A DNA stretch of 64,000 nucleotides from Candidatus Omnitrophota bacterium (GCA_023247725.1 JAHFFW010000006.1:11210-75209), one strand, 5' to 3'; positions 29,660 to 40,106 are shown, counted from the first letter of the stretch. Notes: generated from the letters alone by a model not told the origin. A program made the numbers and translations.

Positions 29660-29758
29660 GTGATTCTCCTCGCACAATAGTTTATCTAAAAAATGAACGG
29701 CTTCCGGTATCTTAAAAATTTTTCCGGGATAAAATTCCTTACAAATCAGGGTTATTTC

Positions 29759-29798
29759 TGGGGGGCCAGCCCAGTGGAAATCGCCGGCTGGCCCCCCA
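29759..29798. other. Strong GC hairpin between glnA and the GS-III gene
   Basis: tggggggccagcc...ggctggcccccca with no U-tract on the minus strand, so a stability or processing element is more likely than a terminator. Confidence 0.55.
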
Positions 29799-29820
29799 TC
29801 GCTAATATTAAATAATTTTT

Positions 29821-31284
29821 TTACACATCGTAATACAAATGAAACTCATAAGGATGCGGACGCAAACGAATCGCATCGATTTCCACTTCATGCTTGTATT
29901 CGATCCAGGTATCGATGACATCTTCGGTAAAGACGCCACCGGCCAACAGGAAGTCGCGATCTTGGTCCAATGCGGCCAAGGCCTGCTCGAGGGAACGCGG
30001 CACGGTTTTGATTTTCTTGGCTTCTGCTTCCGGAAGGGCATAGATGTTTTTGTCAATGGGTTGACCGGGATCGATTTTATGCTTGATCCCATCCAATCCC
30101 GCCATGAGCATCGCCGAAAGCGCCAGATATGGATTACAGGAAGGATCCGGCGGACGAAATTCGATGCGCTTGGATTTTTCGCTGGCCGAATACATCGGAA
30201 TCCGAACTGCGGCGGAGCGATTGCGCTGCGAATAAACCAGATTGACCGGGGCTTCATAACCCGGAACCAGGCGCTTATAAGAATTCGTCGTCGGAGCCGC
30301 AAAGGCCAAAATGGCATGGGCATGCTTGAGCAAACCGCCAATGTAATATTTGGCCAGGTCGCTTAAAAGCGCATAGCCTTTTTTGTCGAAGAAGAGATTC
30401 TTGCCGTCCTTCCATAAACTTTGATGCACATGCATGCCGGAGCCGTTATCCTTGAAAATTGGCTTGGGCATGAAGGTGGCCGACATATTGTACTTTTTGG
30501 CTGTATTCTTGATGATGTATTTATAGAGAAGCAGGTTGTCGCACATGCGCACAAGCGGACTGTAGCGGATATCGATCTCGCATTGCCCGGCGGTCGCCAC
30601 TTCGTGATGGTGAACCTCGACGGGAACGCCAACCTTGCGCAGGGTCATCATGATCTCGCTGCGGATATCCTGCAGGGTATCGTGCGGCGGAACCGGGAAA
30701 TAGCCTTCTTTGTAGCGCGGTTTGTATCCCAGGTTTGGATTTTCCTCGCGCCCGGTATTCCATTCTCCTTCGTTGGAATCGATGTAATAATAGCCGCTGT
30801 TTTCGGTCTGATCGAATCGGACGTCATTAAACAAAAAGAATTCGGCCTCGGGGCCCCAGTAACTGACATCCGCAATTTTGCTCGTTTTGAGATATTGCGC
30901 CGCTTTTCTGGCAATGTAACGCGGATCCCGGGAATAAGGTTTTTTTGTCAGTGGATCATAGACGTCACAAATAATGCTAACGGTCGGGTGCTGGGCGACC
31001 GGATCGATGAACGCGCTCGTCGGATCCGGCATGAGGATCATGTCGCTTTCATGAATCTTTTGGAAACCCCGGATGCTCGAACCGTCAAAACCGATCCCTT
31101 CCTCCCAGATGCCCCCCTCCTTGTCCAGATCGTCGGTGGGAATTGAAAAATGCTGCCATAATCCAGGAAGATCATTGAATTTAAAATCGACGACTTGGAT
31201 TCCATTCTTTTCGATTAGCTTGGCAACATCCTTGGAATCCGCAGGATGCCCATTGTCCTCTTTTTTGGTGACGAGTGTGCTCAT
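29821..31284 (-). CDS. glnA: Glutamine synthetase type I
   Basis: [38 protein letters not shown] and the adenylylation-site-like KNIYAL. Confidence 0.97.
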   Translation of the reverse strand: MSTLVTKKEDNGHPADSKDVAKLIEKNGIQVVDFKFNDLPGLWQHFSIPTDDLDKEGGIWEEGIGFDGSSIRGFQKIHESDMILMPDPTSAFIDPVAQHPTVSIICDVYDPLTKKPYSRDPRYIARKAAQYLKTSKIADVSYWGPEAEFFLFNDVRFDQTENSGYYYIDSNEGEWNTGREENPNLGYKPRYKEGYFPVPPHDTLQDIRSEIMMTLRKVGVPVEVHHHEVATAGQCEIDIRYSPLVRMCDNLLLYKYIIKNTAKKYNMSATFMPKPIFKDNGSGMHVHQSLWKDGKNLFFDKKGYALLSDLAKYYIGGLLKHAHAILAFAAPTTNSYKRLVPGYEAPVNLVYSQRNRSAAVRIPMYSASEKSKRIEFRPPDPSCNPYLALSAMLMAGLDGIKHKIDPGQPIDKNIYALPEAEAKKIKTVPRSLEQALAALDQDRDFLLAGGVFTEDVIDTWIEYKHEVEIDAIRLRPHPYEFHLYYDV

Positions 31285-31607
31285 AGCATTCTCCCTTTGC
31301 TTATAACGAACTTTTATAACAAACTTTATAAAGATTAACGCTGTGTGCGGATTTTTTTTAACGCAGATTTTCGCGGATTGAATCCGCGACCATCCGCTGG
31401 CTATCGGCGATGATCCGCGTTAAATCTGTCTTGTGAAAAATACTCGCACATCACGTTAAAGATTAAAACCCTTTAAAAACAAATTTTCAGGAACCCAATT
31501 GAATTTTTGGGACGAATTTCATTGCCTTGAGAACTTTGATCTTCAAAGAGGCTGCGCGGGCTTTTTTTGCAAACAAAAAAAGCCCGCGCCTCCCAAACTT
31601 CCTGAAC

Positions 31608-31949
31608 CTACCCAATCGCCAAAGGACCCTCGTCGCCAGTTCTGATCCGGATGCAGCGCGGAAGATCCACAACGAAAATTTTTCCGTCACCAATTTTTCC
31701 GGTACGGGCACCCTTAATGACGGCTTTGATCGTCCTATCGACGAAATCTTCGTTCACGGCAATATCGATTCGAATCTTGCGCAGGAGGTTTCCCGTTTCC
31801 TTGCTTCCGCGATAAAATTCATCCACGCCCTTTTGGCGGCCGTGCCCCAAACATTCGCTGACGGTAATCAGATTCACATCCTGCTCATAAAGTGCTTTTT
31901 TGACTTCCTCCAACCGGTGCGGTTGGATAATGGCCGTAATCAATTTCAT
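31608..31949 (-). CDS. glnK: P-II family nitrogen regulator (amt-linked, GlnK-like)
   Basis: GHGRQKG, YRG T-loop, TGKIGDGKIFV and RIRTG motifs; directly downstream of amt. Confidence 0.9.
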   Translation of the reverse strand: MKLITAIIQPHRLEEVKKALYEQDVNLITVSECLGHGRQKGVDEFYRGSKETGNLLRKIRIDIAVNEDFVDRTIKAVIKGARTGKIGDGKIFVVDLPRCIRIRTGDEGPLAIG

Positions 31950-31981
31950 CGGAGTTCTCCTTAAATAAAATGTTCGTCAAA

Positions 31982-33226
31982 TTACTCGAGGATCGTATAA
32001 GCCCGTTCGTGATGTTGGGTCAAGTCCAGCCCCAGCACTTCTTCTTCTGGGGAAACCCTTAAGCCTACCATCACGTCGATGATCTTTAGTAATATAAACG
32101 AGCCGAACCCGGACCAGAGAATCGTTATCCCAACGGCCTTCAGTTGAATAAGCACTTGTGCAGGATTGCCGTAAAAGAAACCATCCGCGCCACCGGAGTT
32201 GACCGCTTTGGTCGCGAACAATCCTGTCCCAATGGCACCCCACATTCCTCCCACACCGTGCACGCCAAAGACATCCAACGTATCGTCGTAACCGAATTTA
32301 GCCTTAATGACGCTAACCGCGAAAAAGCAAAATACGCTGACGAGGAGCCCGATCATGATTGCCCCCCTCACATCGACAAATCCCGACGCGGGGGTGATGG
32401 CAACCAGACCCGCAACCGCTCCTGTGATCACACCGAGCGTGGTGGGCTTGCCATTTTTAATCCATTCGATCACGGCCCAGCTAAGGCCCGCCGCGGCGGT
32501 CGCCACGTGAGTGACCACAAAGGCACTCGTGGCTAATCCTCCGCCTGCTGCCAGAGCACTGCCGGCATTGAACCCAAACCAGCCAAACCACAACAGACAT
32601 GCCCCCAGAACCGCAAATGGTAAATTATGCGTAGACAGATGAGAGGGTCCGTGTCTCTTACCCATGACTAAACACGCCACGAGTGCGGCAACACCAGCGT
32701 TGAGATGAACGACCGTTCCACCGGCAAAATCCAGAGCCCCCATGTTACGAACATGACCACCAAAGGCCCACACCATATGACAAATCGGATCGTAGACGAA
32801 GAAAGACCAAAGGATCAGAAACAGACAATAAGCGGAAAATTTCATGCGCTCGGCGAAAGCTCCAATGGCCAAAGCCGGCGTGATGATGGCAAACATCATT
32901 TGAAATATCATGAAGGCTTGATGAGGAACGGTTGTGGCATACGGGGAGGGCTCAAAGCCAACTCCATTAAGCAAAAACCCATTGAGATTACCAATGATAC
33001 CGCCGATGAAACTTTCGGATCCCTTCCCAAAAGCAAGGCTATAACCTCCCAATACCCATTGCAATGACACGATGCACAAGGCCCCGAGACACTGGATGAG
33101 AATTCCCAAAACATTCTTGCGACGAACCAAACCGCCGTAGAAAAACGCCAAACCTGGCGTCATGAGCATAACCAGCGCCGAAGAAGTCAGCACCCACGCG
33201 GTATCTCCTGTATTAATTGCGTCCAT
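31982..33226 (-). CDS. amtB: Ammonium transporter
   Basis: MTPGLAFFYGG, FQMMFA, DFAGGTVVH, WFGWFGFNAGS and DDTLDVFGVHG motifs. Confidence 0.97.
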   Translation of the reverse strand: MDAINTGDTAWVLTSSALVMLMTPGLAFFYGGLVRRKNVLGILIQCLGALCIVSLQWVLGGYSLAFGKGSESFIGGIIGNLNGFLLNGVGFEPSPYATTVPHQAFMIFQMMFAIITPALAIGAFAERMKFSAYCLFLILWSFFVYDPICHMVWAFGGHVRNMGALDFAGGTVVHLNAGVAALVACLVMGKRHGPSHLSTHNLPFAVLGACLLWFGWFGFNAGSALAAGGGLATSAFVVTHVATAAAGLSWAVIEWIKNGKPTTLGVITGAVAGLVAITPASGFVDVRGAIMIGLLVSVFCFFAVSVIKAKFGYDDTLDVFGVHGVGGMWGAIGTGLFATKAVNSGGADGFFYGNPAQVLIQLKAVGITILWSGFGSFILLKIIDVMVGLRVSPEEEVLGLDLTQHHERAYTILE

Positions 33227-33272
33227 GTCCGTTCTCCTTAAGTTTGATCTTCCCTAATAATATAATGAGAAT

Positions 33273-33468
33273 AAAACCAAGAACAACAACCGGTGTTCTC
33301 CCCCTGCCGGTAGGCTCTTGGACGCCATTGCCCAAAAAAAAATTCCCCCAACAGCCTAGACGACGGCCATTGGAGGACTTCTGTGCCCTACCTAATTCCT
33401 CGAATTCCTATCACCTTGTTGCCTCAAATTTTTTGCTCGAGGGTAAAATCGAAGACGCCAATGCCTTC
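33273..33468 (-). ncRNA. amt-glnK leader: three ANTAR-type hairpins and two overlapping intrinsic terminators
   Basis: Hairpins gaaggc-ATTGGC-gtcttc (33451-33468), gggc-ACAGAA-gtcc (33375-33388) and gggc-AATGGC-gtcc (33320-33333). The last two overlap the 5' arms of terminators at 33334-33377 and 33273-33321. Confidence 0.85.
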
Positions 33469-33480
33469 AACTTTTGCCCA

Positions 33481-33509
33481 AGTATAATAATGCGCCTTGG
33501 ACTTGTCAA
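33481..33509 (-). promoter_or_regulatory. sigma70 promoter of amt-glnK
   Basis: TTGACA-N17-TATACT. Confidence 0.85.
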
Positions 33510-33559
33510 GAAAATTTTCTAACGCTGACAAAGCCGAAAACATTCGCTGACAAATTTTC

Positions 33560-33685
33560 TTATGCGTGAATAAATTTGGAACAAAACAGACAAAAATCAA
33601 AAAACAGGATCCCGAGACTAAAGCCGATGGCAAGGCGTTCCAAACTTTTGGCCCAGGCATCGGAGTGTTCATTAGGATTGGTCAT
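33560..33685 (-). CDS. Unannotated 41-aa hydrophobic small protein
   Basis: AAGGAGG RBS (33695-33701), then MTNPNEHSDAWAKSLERLAIGFSLGILFFDFCLFCSKFIHA*. Has its own promoter and regulated leader; below the ORF-track cutoff. Confidence 0.65.
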   Translation of the reverse strand: MTNPNEHSDAWAKSLERLAIGFSLGILFFDFCLFCSKFIHA

Positions 33686-33716
33686 CGCCTCTATCCTCCT
33701 TACTCGTTGGTATAAC

Positions 33717-33947
33717 AAAAAAGCCCAGCCCCAGTGTCACCCGGCGACTGAGCGTCTGCGCTTTTTTTATTTTCTAAACCCGAAGATTTAAAAAATAAAC
33801 CCCACCGAAAGCGATCCCTGCTCTCCAATGGGGCGTCATTGCCCAAAACAAAAACTCTCTAACGGAATTTCCATTAGAGAGCCACGTTGCTCTTTACTTC
33901 CAGATGAATACTTCTTGATCTGGACTCCAAGGCCTCACTGTCTTGGA
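33717..33947 (-). ncRNA. sORF leader: four ANTAR-type hairpins and three serial intrinsic terminators
   Basis: Hairpins tccaagac-AGTGAG-gccttgga (33926-33947), agagc-AACGTG-gctct (33878-33893), gggc-AATGAC-gccc (33831-33844) and agc-GCAGAC-gct (33751-33762). Terminators at 33845-33881, 33790-33833 and 33717-33753 each overlap the preceding hairpin. Confidence 0.85.
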
Positions 33948-33955
33948 TGAAAGGA

Positions 33956-33984
33956 AGTATATCGGCTGGCTCACGCGTTGTCAA
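33956..33984 (-). promoter_or_regulatory. sigma70 promoter of the sORF leader
   Basis: TTGACA-N17-TATACT. Confidence 0.85.
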
Positions 33985-34046
33985 GTTTTTTGTTCCTTTA
34001 AATCGGGAGCCACCTGTGACCGCTTAACCTGGTCACAAGACACCTG

Positions 34047-34121
34047 AAAAAAAACGAGCGGCCCTCCCTTGACCCCGTTCAAAAAACAAACGCAAGCCAA
34101 GGAGGGAGAACGGGGCCGCTC
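34047..34121 (-). terminator. Probable terminator of the nitrate assimilation operon
   Basis: gagcggcc...ggccgctc stem with a large internal segment, followed by a T8 run, just after the MOSC stop. Confidence 0.55.
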
Positions 34122-34144
34122 TGAACGTGGTCCATTATCTAAAT

Positions 34145-34672
34145 TCATAAAGCATTCTGCGCTATCTCCATCGGGTGAGTGCGAGATTCGGAAGAATAAA
34201 CTTCCATCGACTCTCCCGAGCTTAAAATCCCTTCTTTTAAAACTCGGGCATAGTATCCGCATCGACCAACGATGGCTTCCTTAAGACGCGGATGAATGGA
34301 ATCGAGCACGTAACAGGGTCTTCGCTCTTTGGTTAATTCCAAAATGACTCCGCCGGTAAACTTTAAAACCATTCCCGGTGACATTTTCTGGACATGCAAG
34401 TCTTTGACGGTCAGATTTTCTCCAATCGTGCCAATGCCGACGGGAAATCCCTCCCGTTTCAACTCTGCCAGCAGTTCCCAGTCCTGAAGGCAAATGGCCT
34501 GCTCCGTTCGACGATGTTTTTCATGATGGTGTCCGTCGCCTTGCAATCCTTGACGAAAAATAAAAATCTCACCCATCTGCGGGCGCTTTGGAATCCCACC
34601 GGTAGAGATGCAAATCGCAACCACGGATGGTAACGTCTCTGAAATCGGCATCAAAATCCTTTCTTCAATCAT
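34145..34672 (-). CDS. MOSC domain protein
   Basis: GGIPK, GLQGD, GENLT, RRPC and [10 protein letters not shown] motifs. ATG at 34672 overlaps the end of the nitrate reductase gene. Confidence 0.88.
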   Translation of the reverse strand: MIEERILMPISETLPSVVAICISTGGIPKRPQMGEIFIFRQGLQGDGHHHEKHRRTEQAICLQDWELLAELKREGFPVGIGTIGENLTVKDLHVQKMSPGMVLKFTGGVILELTKERRPCYVLDSIHPRLKEAIVGRCGYYARVLKEGILSSGESMEVYSSESRTHPMEIAQNAL

Positions 34673-36881
34673 GCGGCAAGCGGGTGACATTGGCGGCGCA
34701 ATACTTATACGAGGGCTGCCGTGAATAGGGATCAAACGCGGCAAAGGTCAAACGGTTGGTTTCCGGATAGTGCATGGGCATAAACAGCTCTCCCGGCTTT
34801 ACCGTCGGAGTCACAACGGCTTTTGCCTTGACCATTCCTCTGAGACTTGAGACATGGACCCACTGCCCTGGTTCAATTTTAAGCCGGCCGGCATCTTGAG
34901 GATTGATTTCAACGTAGGCTTCTTTCGGATAGAGCTTGCGCAGCACGGCCGATTTTCCGGTGCGGGTCTGGGTATGCCACTGGACCGACGTCCCGCGGCC
35001 GGTTAAAAGGACAAAGGGATAAAATTTGTCGGGCGGCTCCGGGACCGACCGGATGTCTTCAAAGAGGAATCTGGCTTTGCCGTCGGGATGATAAAATTTT
35101 CCATCTGCAAACAATCGGCGTTCACTATTTTGATGCAGGTTGAGGGCTTCGGCGGTCATCGACTCTGGAAACGGCCATTGGATTCCGCCAGATTCTTCGA
35201 TCATCTGATAATCCCTGATTCCACTGATATCGGCCGGCGTTTGCCTTGAAATTTTTTTGAGAATTTGAAACACGGCCTCGGGTGAAGACCAATCGGTGAA
35301 CATCTCGGCGCAGCCCCAGTATTGCGCAATCAATTTGAAAATATAAAAATCTGCAAGGGCGACTCCCGGGGCCGCGGCCACTTTTCGAAAAAGCCCCAGG
35401 CGTCGTTCGGAATTGATCACGGTCCCTTCTTTTTCTCCCCAGCCCGCCGCCGGCAAAACCAGATCGGCCAATTGCGCCATTTCTGTCGTCGCATACATAT
35501 CTTGCACGACGAGGAAATCCAACTGGCTGATGACTTCCCGGAAATCGTGCTGATTGATCCAGGAATGAGCCGGGTTCGTGGCAATGACCCAGAGCCCTTT
35601 GATCTTGTGGACGGGGATTTGTTCCAAGATTTGATCGTAGGACAGGCTGTTCTGGGCGGGAATACAGTCGGGATTGATCTTAAGGATTTCCGCAATCTTG
35701 TGTCGGTGTTCAGGATTAAGAAAATCATAGCCGCCCAGAAGGCTGGTGGTATTGCTGAAAAGCCGCGAACCCATGGCATTGCACTGGCCGGTGATGGAAT
35801 TGGCCCCGGTTCCCGGCCGGCCGATGTTGCCGGTTAAAAGCGCCAGATTAATAATGGCCTGGGCCAGGCGCACGCCTTCATGACTTTGATTGACACCCAT
35901 GGTCCACCAGAACGATACCCGTTGACCGCAATGAATCAGGTCAGCCAATTCCTCAATTTCTTTGATCGCCAAACCTGTGGCGGCGCTCACCAATTCCAGC
36001 GGAAACTGGCGAACATGGTCGGTAAATTCGGAAAAGCCATTCGTGTGCCGCTCGACAAAAATCTGGTTGATCCATCCGTTGGCGATAAAAATACGGGCCA
36101 ATCCATAAAACAGCGAGAGATCCGATTTAGGCGCGACGGTATAGTGATGCGTGGCCGCCATGGCTGTTTCTGTTTTCCGCGGATCAATCACGACGATTTT
36201 GGGGTGATGGCGGTTCATGAGAACCCGCTGCCACATGATGGGATGCGCGATGCAGGGATTCGCGCCAACAAAAACCAAAACATCGGATTCTTCGAAATCT
36301 TTGTAGGTAAATGGCGGGGCATCGAATCCAAAGGATTGCTTATAAGCGACGGCGGCGGTGGCCATACATTGACGCGTATTGGCGTCACCGTGCACCATTC
36401 CCATGCCGAATTTAGCCAACGCGCCCAAGAGCGCCATTTCTTCCGTGCAGAATTGTCCCGTACTTAAAAAAGCAACCCTCTCGGCCCCGTATTTGCGTTG
36501 GATGTCTTTAAATCTTCCGACGAAGATTTTGAGTGCGGTATCCCAATCGACGGCTACCAATTTTCCAAAACGATCTTTGAGCAAAGGGGTTTTGGCACGA
36601 TCGGGAGCCGTGAGCGGCGTGAGCGCCTCCCAGCCTTTGGGGCAGGCCTCGCCCAGATTCACCGGATGATGACGGTTCGGCGTCAAATTGACAGCTTCAC
36701 GGTTGCGCAGGTGCACGGTCAGACTGCAGCCCGTCGAGCAATAACCGCAGATGAGATTGACCGCCGCCTGTGGCATGAGCCTTTTAGGCAACTGGCCCAA
36801 TCCTAACACCGAAGGTTCCAATATCAGCTCTTGAGTCAGATCGCCGTTGGTTTTGTAAAAAATATCGCGGAGTTTATCCAT
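34665..36881 (-). CDS. Assimilatory-type nitrate reductase catalytic subunit (molybdopterin oxidoreductase)
   Basis: CGYCSTGC...CPKG Fe-S motif, [29 protein letters not shown] and [10 protein letters not shown]. No Tat motif; in an operon with nirBD and narK. Confidence 0.9.
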   Translation of the reverse strand: MDKLRDIFYKTNGDLTQELILEPSVLGLGQLPKRLMPQAAVNLICGYCSTGCSLTVHLRNREAVNLTPNRHHPVNLGEACPKGWEALTPLTAPDRAKTPLLKDRFGKLVAVDWDTALKIFVGRFKDIQRKYGAERVAFLSTGQFCTEEMALLGALAKFGMGMVHGDANTRQCMATAAVAYKQSFGFDAPPFTYKDFEESDVLVFVGANPCIAHPIMWQRVLMNRHHPKIVVIDPRKTETAMAATHHYTVAPKSDLSLFYGLARIFIANGWINQIFVERHTNGFSEFTDHVRQFPLELVSAATGLAIKEIEELADLIHCGQRVSFWWTMGVNQSHEGVRLAQAIINLALLTGNIGRPGTGANSITGQCNAMGSRLFSNTTSLLGGYDFLNPEHRHKIAEILKINPDCIPAQNSLSYDQILEQIPVHKIKGLWVIATNPAHSWINQHDFREVISQLDFLVVQDMYATTEMAQLADLVLPAAGWGEKEGTVINSERRLGLFRKVAAAPGVALADFYIFKLIAQYWGCAEMFTDWSSPEAVFQILKKISRQTPADISGIRDYQMIEESGGIQWPFPESMTAEALNLHQNSERRLFADGKFYHPDGKARFLFEDIRSVPEPPDKFYPFVLLTGRGTSVQWHTQTRTGKSAVLRKLYPKEAYVEINPQDAGRLKIEPGQWVHVSSLRGMVKAKAVVTPTVKPGELFMPMHYPETNRLTFAAFDPYSRQPSYKYCAANVTRLPHD

Positions 36882-36890
36882 ATTTTGTTC

Positions 36891-37009
36891 CGAGGGACGA
36901 TCGACGACCGCTCGGCCAATAGTACGGTGGTCTCGCTAGGATGAAGGACGAGAAAATGTCTTCGTCCCTCGTCCTAGCGAACGAAGTGAGCGGTCATCCT
37001 TCATCCCTC
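36891..37009. repeat. GGACGA-heptamer palindromic intergenic repeat
   Basis: gagggacga...ttcgtccctcgtcc...catccttcatccctc; a related copy lies at 56531-56625. Confidence 0.65.
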
Positions 37010-37010
37010 T

Positions 37011-38633
37011 TTATAAAACGTCTTTCTCCAAGCCACCACCTGGCATCTTGAGCGGAACGACCGCCCGGAAAAAAAGAAACCTTTCCAAAGATTCCCCGAT
37101 CAAAGAGAAACCTAAGATCGCTGCAACCAAAGCCCACGGGACTTCGGTCGTCGAAGAATTCAATTTTGCCGCCAACACCAAGGGCAAAATGACACCACCG
37201 AGCAATCCAAGAATAAAACGGGCATTCGTCACCCGGCGCAGAGGTCGGCTCATTAAAAAGGCCGTCTTCTTGAGCGCCGTCCATTCTTTTTCCCGTAAAT
37301 GCCGCAAAAAAATTCCCTCGGTGAGCAATTTGCCTAACACCAACGCGGCCATCAACCGACAGACGAAAATTTCCCCAACCTTCGATGATCCGCCAAAAAA
37401 TAAAAACGCCGGAAGGATCGCCGCCAATCCCAAAATCCCCGTCGTCAAAAAGAATTTCACCATCGTCTGCGGATGGTCCCAAAAAGGCCGCCGCGTGACT
37501 TTATAAACCATGATCGAACACCCAATCCCGAATAGTCCTAAAATCGCCGTTATGATCGCCAAGATTTGATTCGTCAAACCTCCCTCATGTTTCCAGGAAG
37601 CCAAAGCATAAAATGCCGTCAAAATAGCAAAAAGACCAAAAGCGATGATTTCACGGCTGAGCCACGAATGCCTTAAACCCAAAACCGCCCGAAACGCCAA
37701 GTGCGGCCGACCCAAATGAAAGATACTGACCGCCATCGCCAAGATTCCGGCGCAAAGCGCCACCAGGGCTTGTACGGCTGGTGCTAACGGATGCGAAATG
37801 ATATCCGAATAGCGGTTCAAAAATAGACCTCCCGCAAATGCCCCGACGGATAACTGAGTCAAGACCAGCATGGCCACCAACGGCCAATGGCAGTGCTCGG
37901 GCTGGAGCGTATAGGAATCGACGGCCATTGTGCCGGAAGGAAATTTCTTTTGCGTCTCGTAGCGGGTTGTCGGTAACGTATAATGCGAATCCGGCGCGTC
38001 GGGGATATTGACAAAATCCGTCGGATGTTCGTAAACGGCGGCGGTCTCAACCAGCGTGATGCGAATCGCACCGTTGGGACAGGCGCGGGCGCAGGCCGGA
38101 GCCTCGCCGACATTTAAACGGCTGATGCACATGTCGCATTTGTGCACAATGCCTTTCTTTCTGTTGTACTTGGGAACATCGTAAGCACAAGTGAAGGTGC
38201 AGTACTGGCACCCGATGCATTGGTCCTCGAGATGCCGGACGACACCACTGTCTTTCTCTTTGACGTACGCATCAACCGGACAACCATTAAGGCATGCCGG
38301 GTCCAGGCAATGATGACAGGCACTCGTCACGTGCTGGATCACCGAATCGCCGTTACGCCCTCCATATAACAATCCGACCGTACGCCAGGTTTCATCTTCG
38401 GGCAATCCGTTTTCATTGTGGCAGGCGGTCACACAGGCCTTGCAGCCGGTGCAGCGATCGAGATCGACGCTAAAGGCGTATTGCTGACCCGGGCCGGGCG
38501 CGCTTTTGGGGATGAGCTCTTCATAAAAATTCATTGCCGGAATCTGTTTTAAGTCGTGCTTCATGGCAAATGCTTCAACGGCAGTCAATTCCTGCTGTTG
38601 TTGCAAATAGGTTTCAATGAGATCTGGAGACAC
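37011..38633 (-). CDS. DmsB-like 4Fe-4S dicluster domain fused to a DmsC/YnfH-like membrane anchor
   Basis: CTGCKACVTAC, CHHCLDPACLNGCP, CIGCQYCTFTC and KCDMC..PACARACP, then TM helices with HLGRP, SWLSRE and ERFLFF. GTG start after AAGGAG. Confidence 0.9.
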   Translation of the reverse strand: MSPDLIETYLQQQQELTAVEAFAMKHDLKQIPAMNFYEELIPKSAPGPGQQYAFSVDLDRCTGCKACVTACHNENGLPEDETWRTVGLLYGGRNGDSVIQHVTSACHHCLDPACLNGCPVDAYVKEKDSGVVRHLEDQCIGCQYCTFTCAYDVPKYNRKKGIVHKCDMCISRLNVGEAPACARACPNGAIRITLVETAAVYEHPTDFVNIPDAPDSHYTLPTTRYETQKKFPSGTMAVDSYTLQPEHCHWPLVAMLVLTQLSVGAFAGGLFLNRYSDIISHPLAPAVQALVALCAGILAMAVSIFHLGRPHLAFRAVLGLRHSWLSREIIAFGLFAILTAFYALASWKHEGGLTNQILAIITAILGLFGIGCSIMVYKVTRRPFWDHPQTMVKFFLTTGILGLAAILPAFLFFGGSSKVGEIFVCRLMAALVLGKLLTEGIFLRHLREKEWTALKKTAFLMSRPLRRVTNARFILGLLGGVILPLVLAAKLNSSTTEVPWALVAAILGFSLIGESLERFLFFRAVVPLKMPGGGLEKDVL

Positions 38634-38765
38634 GTGATTCTCCTTTAATAACCAATTTCCAGTAGACCAATGACCAAACAAATCCAAATGTTCAAATCAC
38701 CAAAGTTCAAAACGGCTTGGCCATTTGGATTTTGGATTTTTGTGATTTGGTCATTCTTCTATAAA

Positions 38766-40106
38766 TCAAAGGCTGAAAGTGGTCTGCACATACACAAAGT
38801 CCGCATCGTCATTGGCACCGGTTTCGGCCAGATAGTCCCCCGAGAAGAAATGCGAATATCCAACCTGGATAGCGGTGGAATTATTCAATTTGTAATCGGC
38901 CGTCAAGTCGATTTCGTCGCCAAGATGATCGTCCACAGCGGTCGTGGCCGTGCGCACGACCGATCGGGCGGCGTTATAATAAGAATCCTTGACGGTATCA
39001 AGATAAAACCGATGCCACTCGGCCTGAAGCTTCAATTTTTTATGGGGTTTGGCGCTCAGCTGATAATGAAACTGGTTGGTATTCTGCAGACTCACAAAGT
39101 CGATGAACCCATAAAAGAGGTGATTCGTCGGATAAAGATTGTCGAAGGTCTTGAGTTCATTGTCGGTGGGATCATCGTCCCCGGAACCGTAGGTGAATTC
39201 AAACGCCGCTCGAGGCTGCCATGGCAACCGGAAGGTGTAGCCAACAATCGCCACGGCCATACCCGCATTCACATCTTTACCGAGAAAATCGCCAAACTGC
39301 CGGGCTGCTTCCACTTCATAATCCCAACCGCTTTTGAATGCCTTCTTGACGCGGCCACCTACTGTGTAATCATCCACCTGCCCCGAGCCGCTGGGCCCGA
39401 AGGAAATATTCTTATCGGTTTCCCGGCGGAATAAATAATGTTCCAAAAGTGTCTCGCCGAAGGCCTTGGCCGTCACGTCATATCCCCAAAGCCGTTCCCG
39501 CGATGATCCATCGTACAAATCATCAAATTCCCGCGGACTTTTGATGGAAGTTTTATCGCCTCCGAAGAGATCGACCTGGAGATGATAAGGAACGAAATGA
39601 AAACCCATCCGGCCCCCGTCAAAGGTCTGGGCCACATTCGACCAATTGAATCCGCCGATCAACCGCTGGGCGCCAAACGAAAATTCCTGACGTCCCGGCC
39701 TAATGGAAAGCTTATTCATTTGCAGCGGTTCAAAAATAATATCGTCGGTATAATCCACATATAGCTGGCGGATATCGAAGTAATTTTCAAAGAGCGCCTT
39801 ATTGACCGTATTCGATTCCCAGATTCGGGCGTCCTGACCCTGAATAAAGAATCCCAGTTCTTTGACAGGATTGTATTTGAGATTGAGGCGCGTTCGTTCC
39901 AGATGAAAGGCATCTTCATCATCGCGGGAATCGTTAAAATCAAAATTGTTCCGGTATTCCAGGCGGTAGCGGAATTCCAAATCCGTTTTCAGCTGGCTCG
40001 GCAGATATTTATTAATGACATCCCCGGCGAAAACCTCCCCGCCCAATTCCAAAAAAGCCAGGATAAACAAAAACACAGCGCTGCCCTGTCCCCAAATTTC
40101 TCGCAT
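38766..40106 (-). CDS. Outer-membrane beta-barrel protein (alginate export family porin)
   Basis: Signal peptide; GRQEFSFG, YGSGDD, LYPTNH and GDEIDL motifs; alternating beta-strand C-terminus. Confidence 0.85.
   Translation of the reverse strand: MREIWGQGSAVFLFILAFLELGGEVFAGDVINKYLPSQLKTDLEFRYRLEYRNNFDFNDSRDDEDAFHLERTRLNLKYNPVKELGFFIQGQDARIWESNTVNKALFENYFDIRQLYVDYTDDIIFEPLQMNKLSIRPGRQEFSFGAQRLIGGFNWSNVAQTFDGGRMGFHFVPYHLQVDLFGGDKTSIKSPREFDDLYDGSSRERLWGYDVTAKAFGETLLEHYLFRRETDKNISFGPSGSGQVDDYTVGGRVKKAFKSGWDYEVEAARQFGDFLGKDVNAGMAVAIVGYTFRLPWQPRAAFEFTYGSGDDDPTDNELKTFDNLYPTNHLFYGFIDFVSLQNTNQFHYQLSAKPHKKLKLQAEWHRFYLDTVKDSYYNAARSVVRTATTAVDDHLGDEIDLTADYKLNNSTAIQVGYSHFFSGDYLAETGANDDADFVYVQTTFSL

Noticed and set aside
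33424-33672. 82-aa ORF from the track
   Set aside because: Its ATG is ~22 nt from the AAGGAGG and it runs through the amt promoter. The ATG at 33685 fits the RBS better. Retained only as a possible frameshift alternative.
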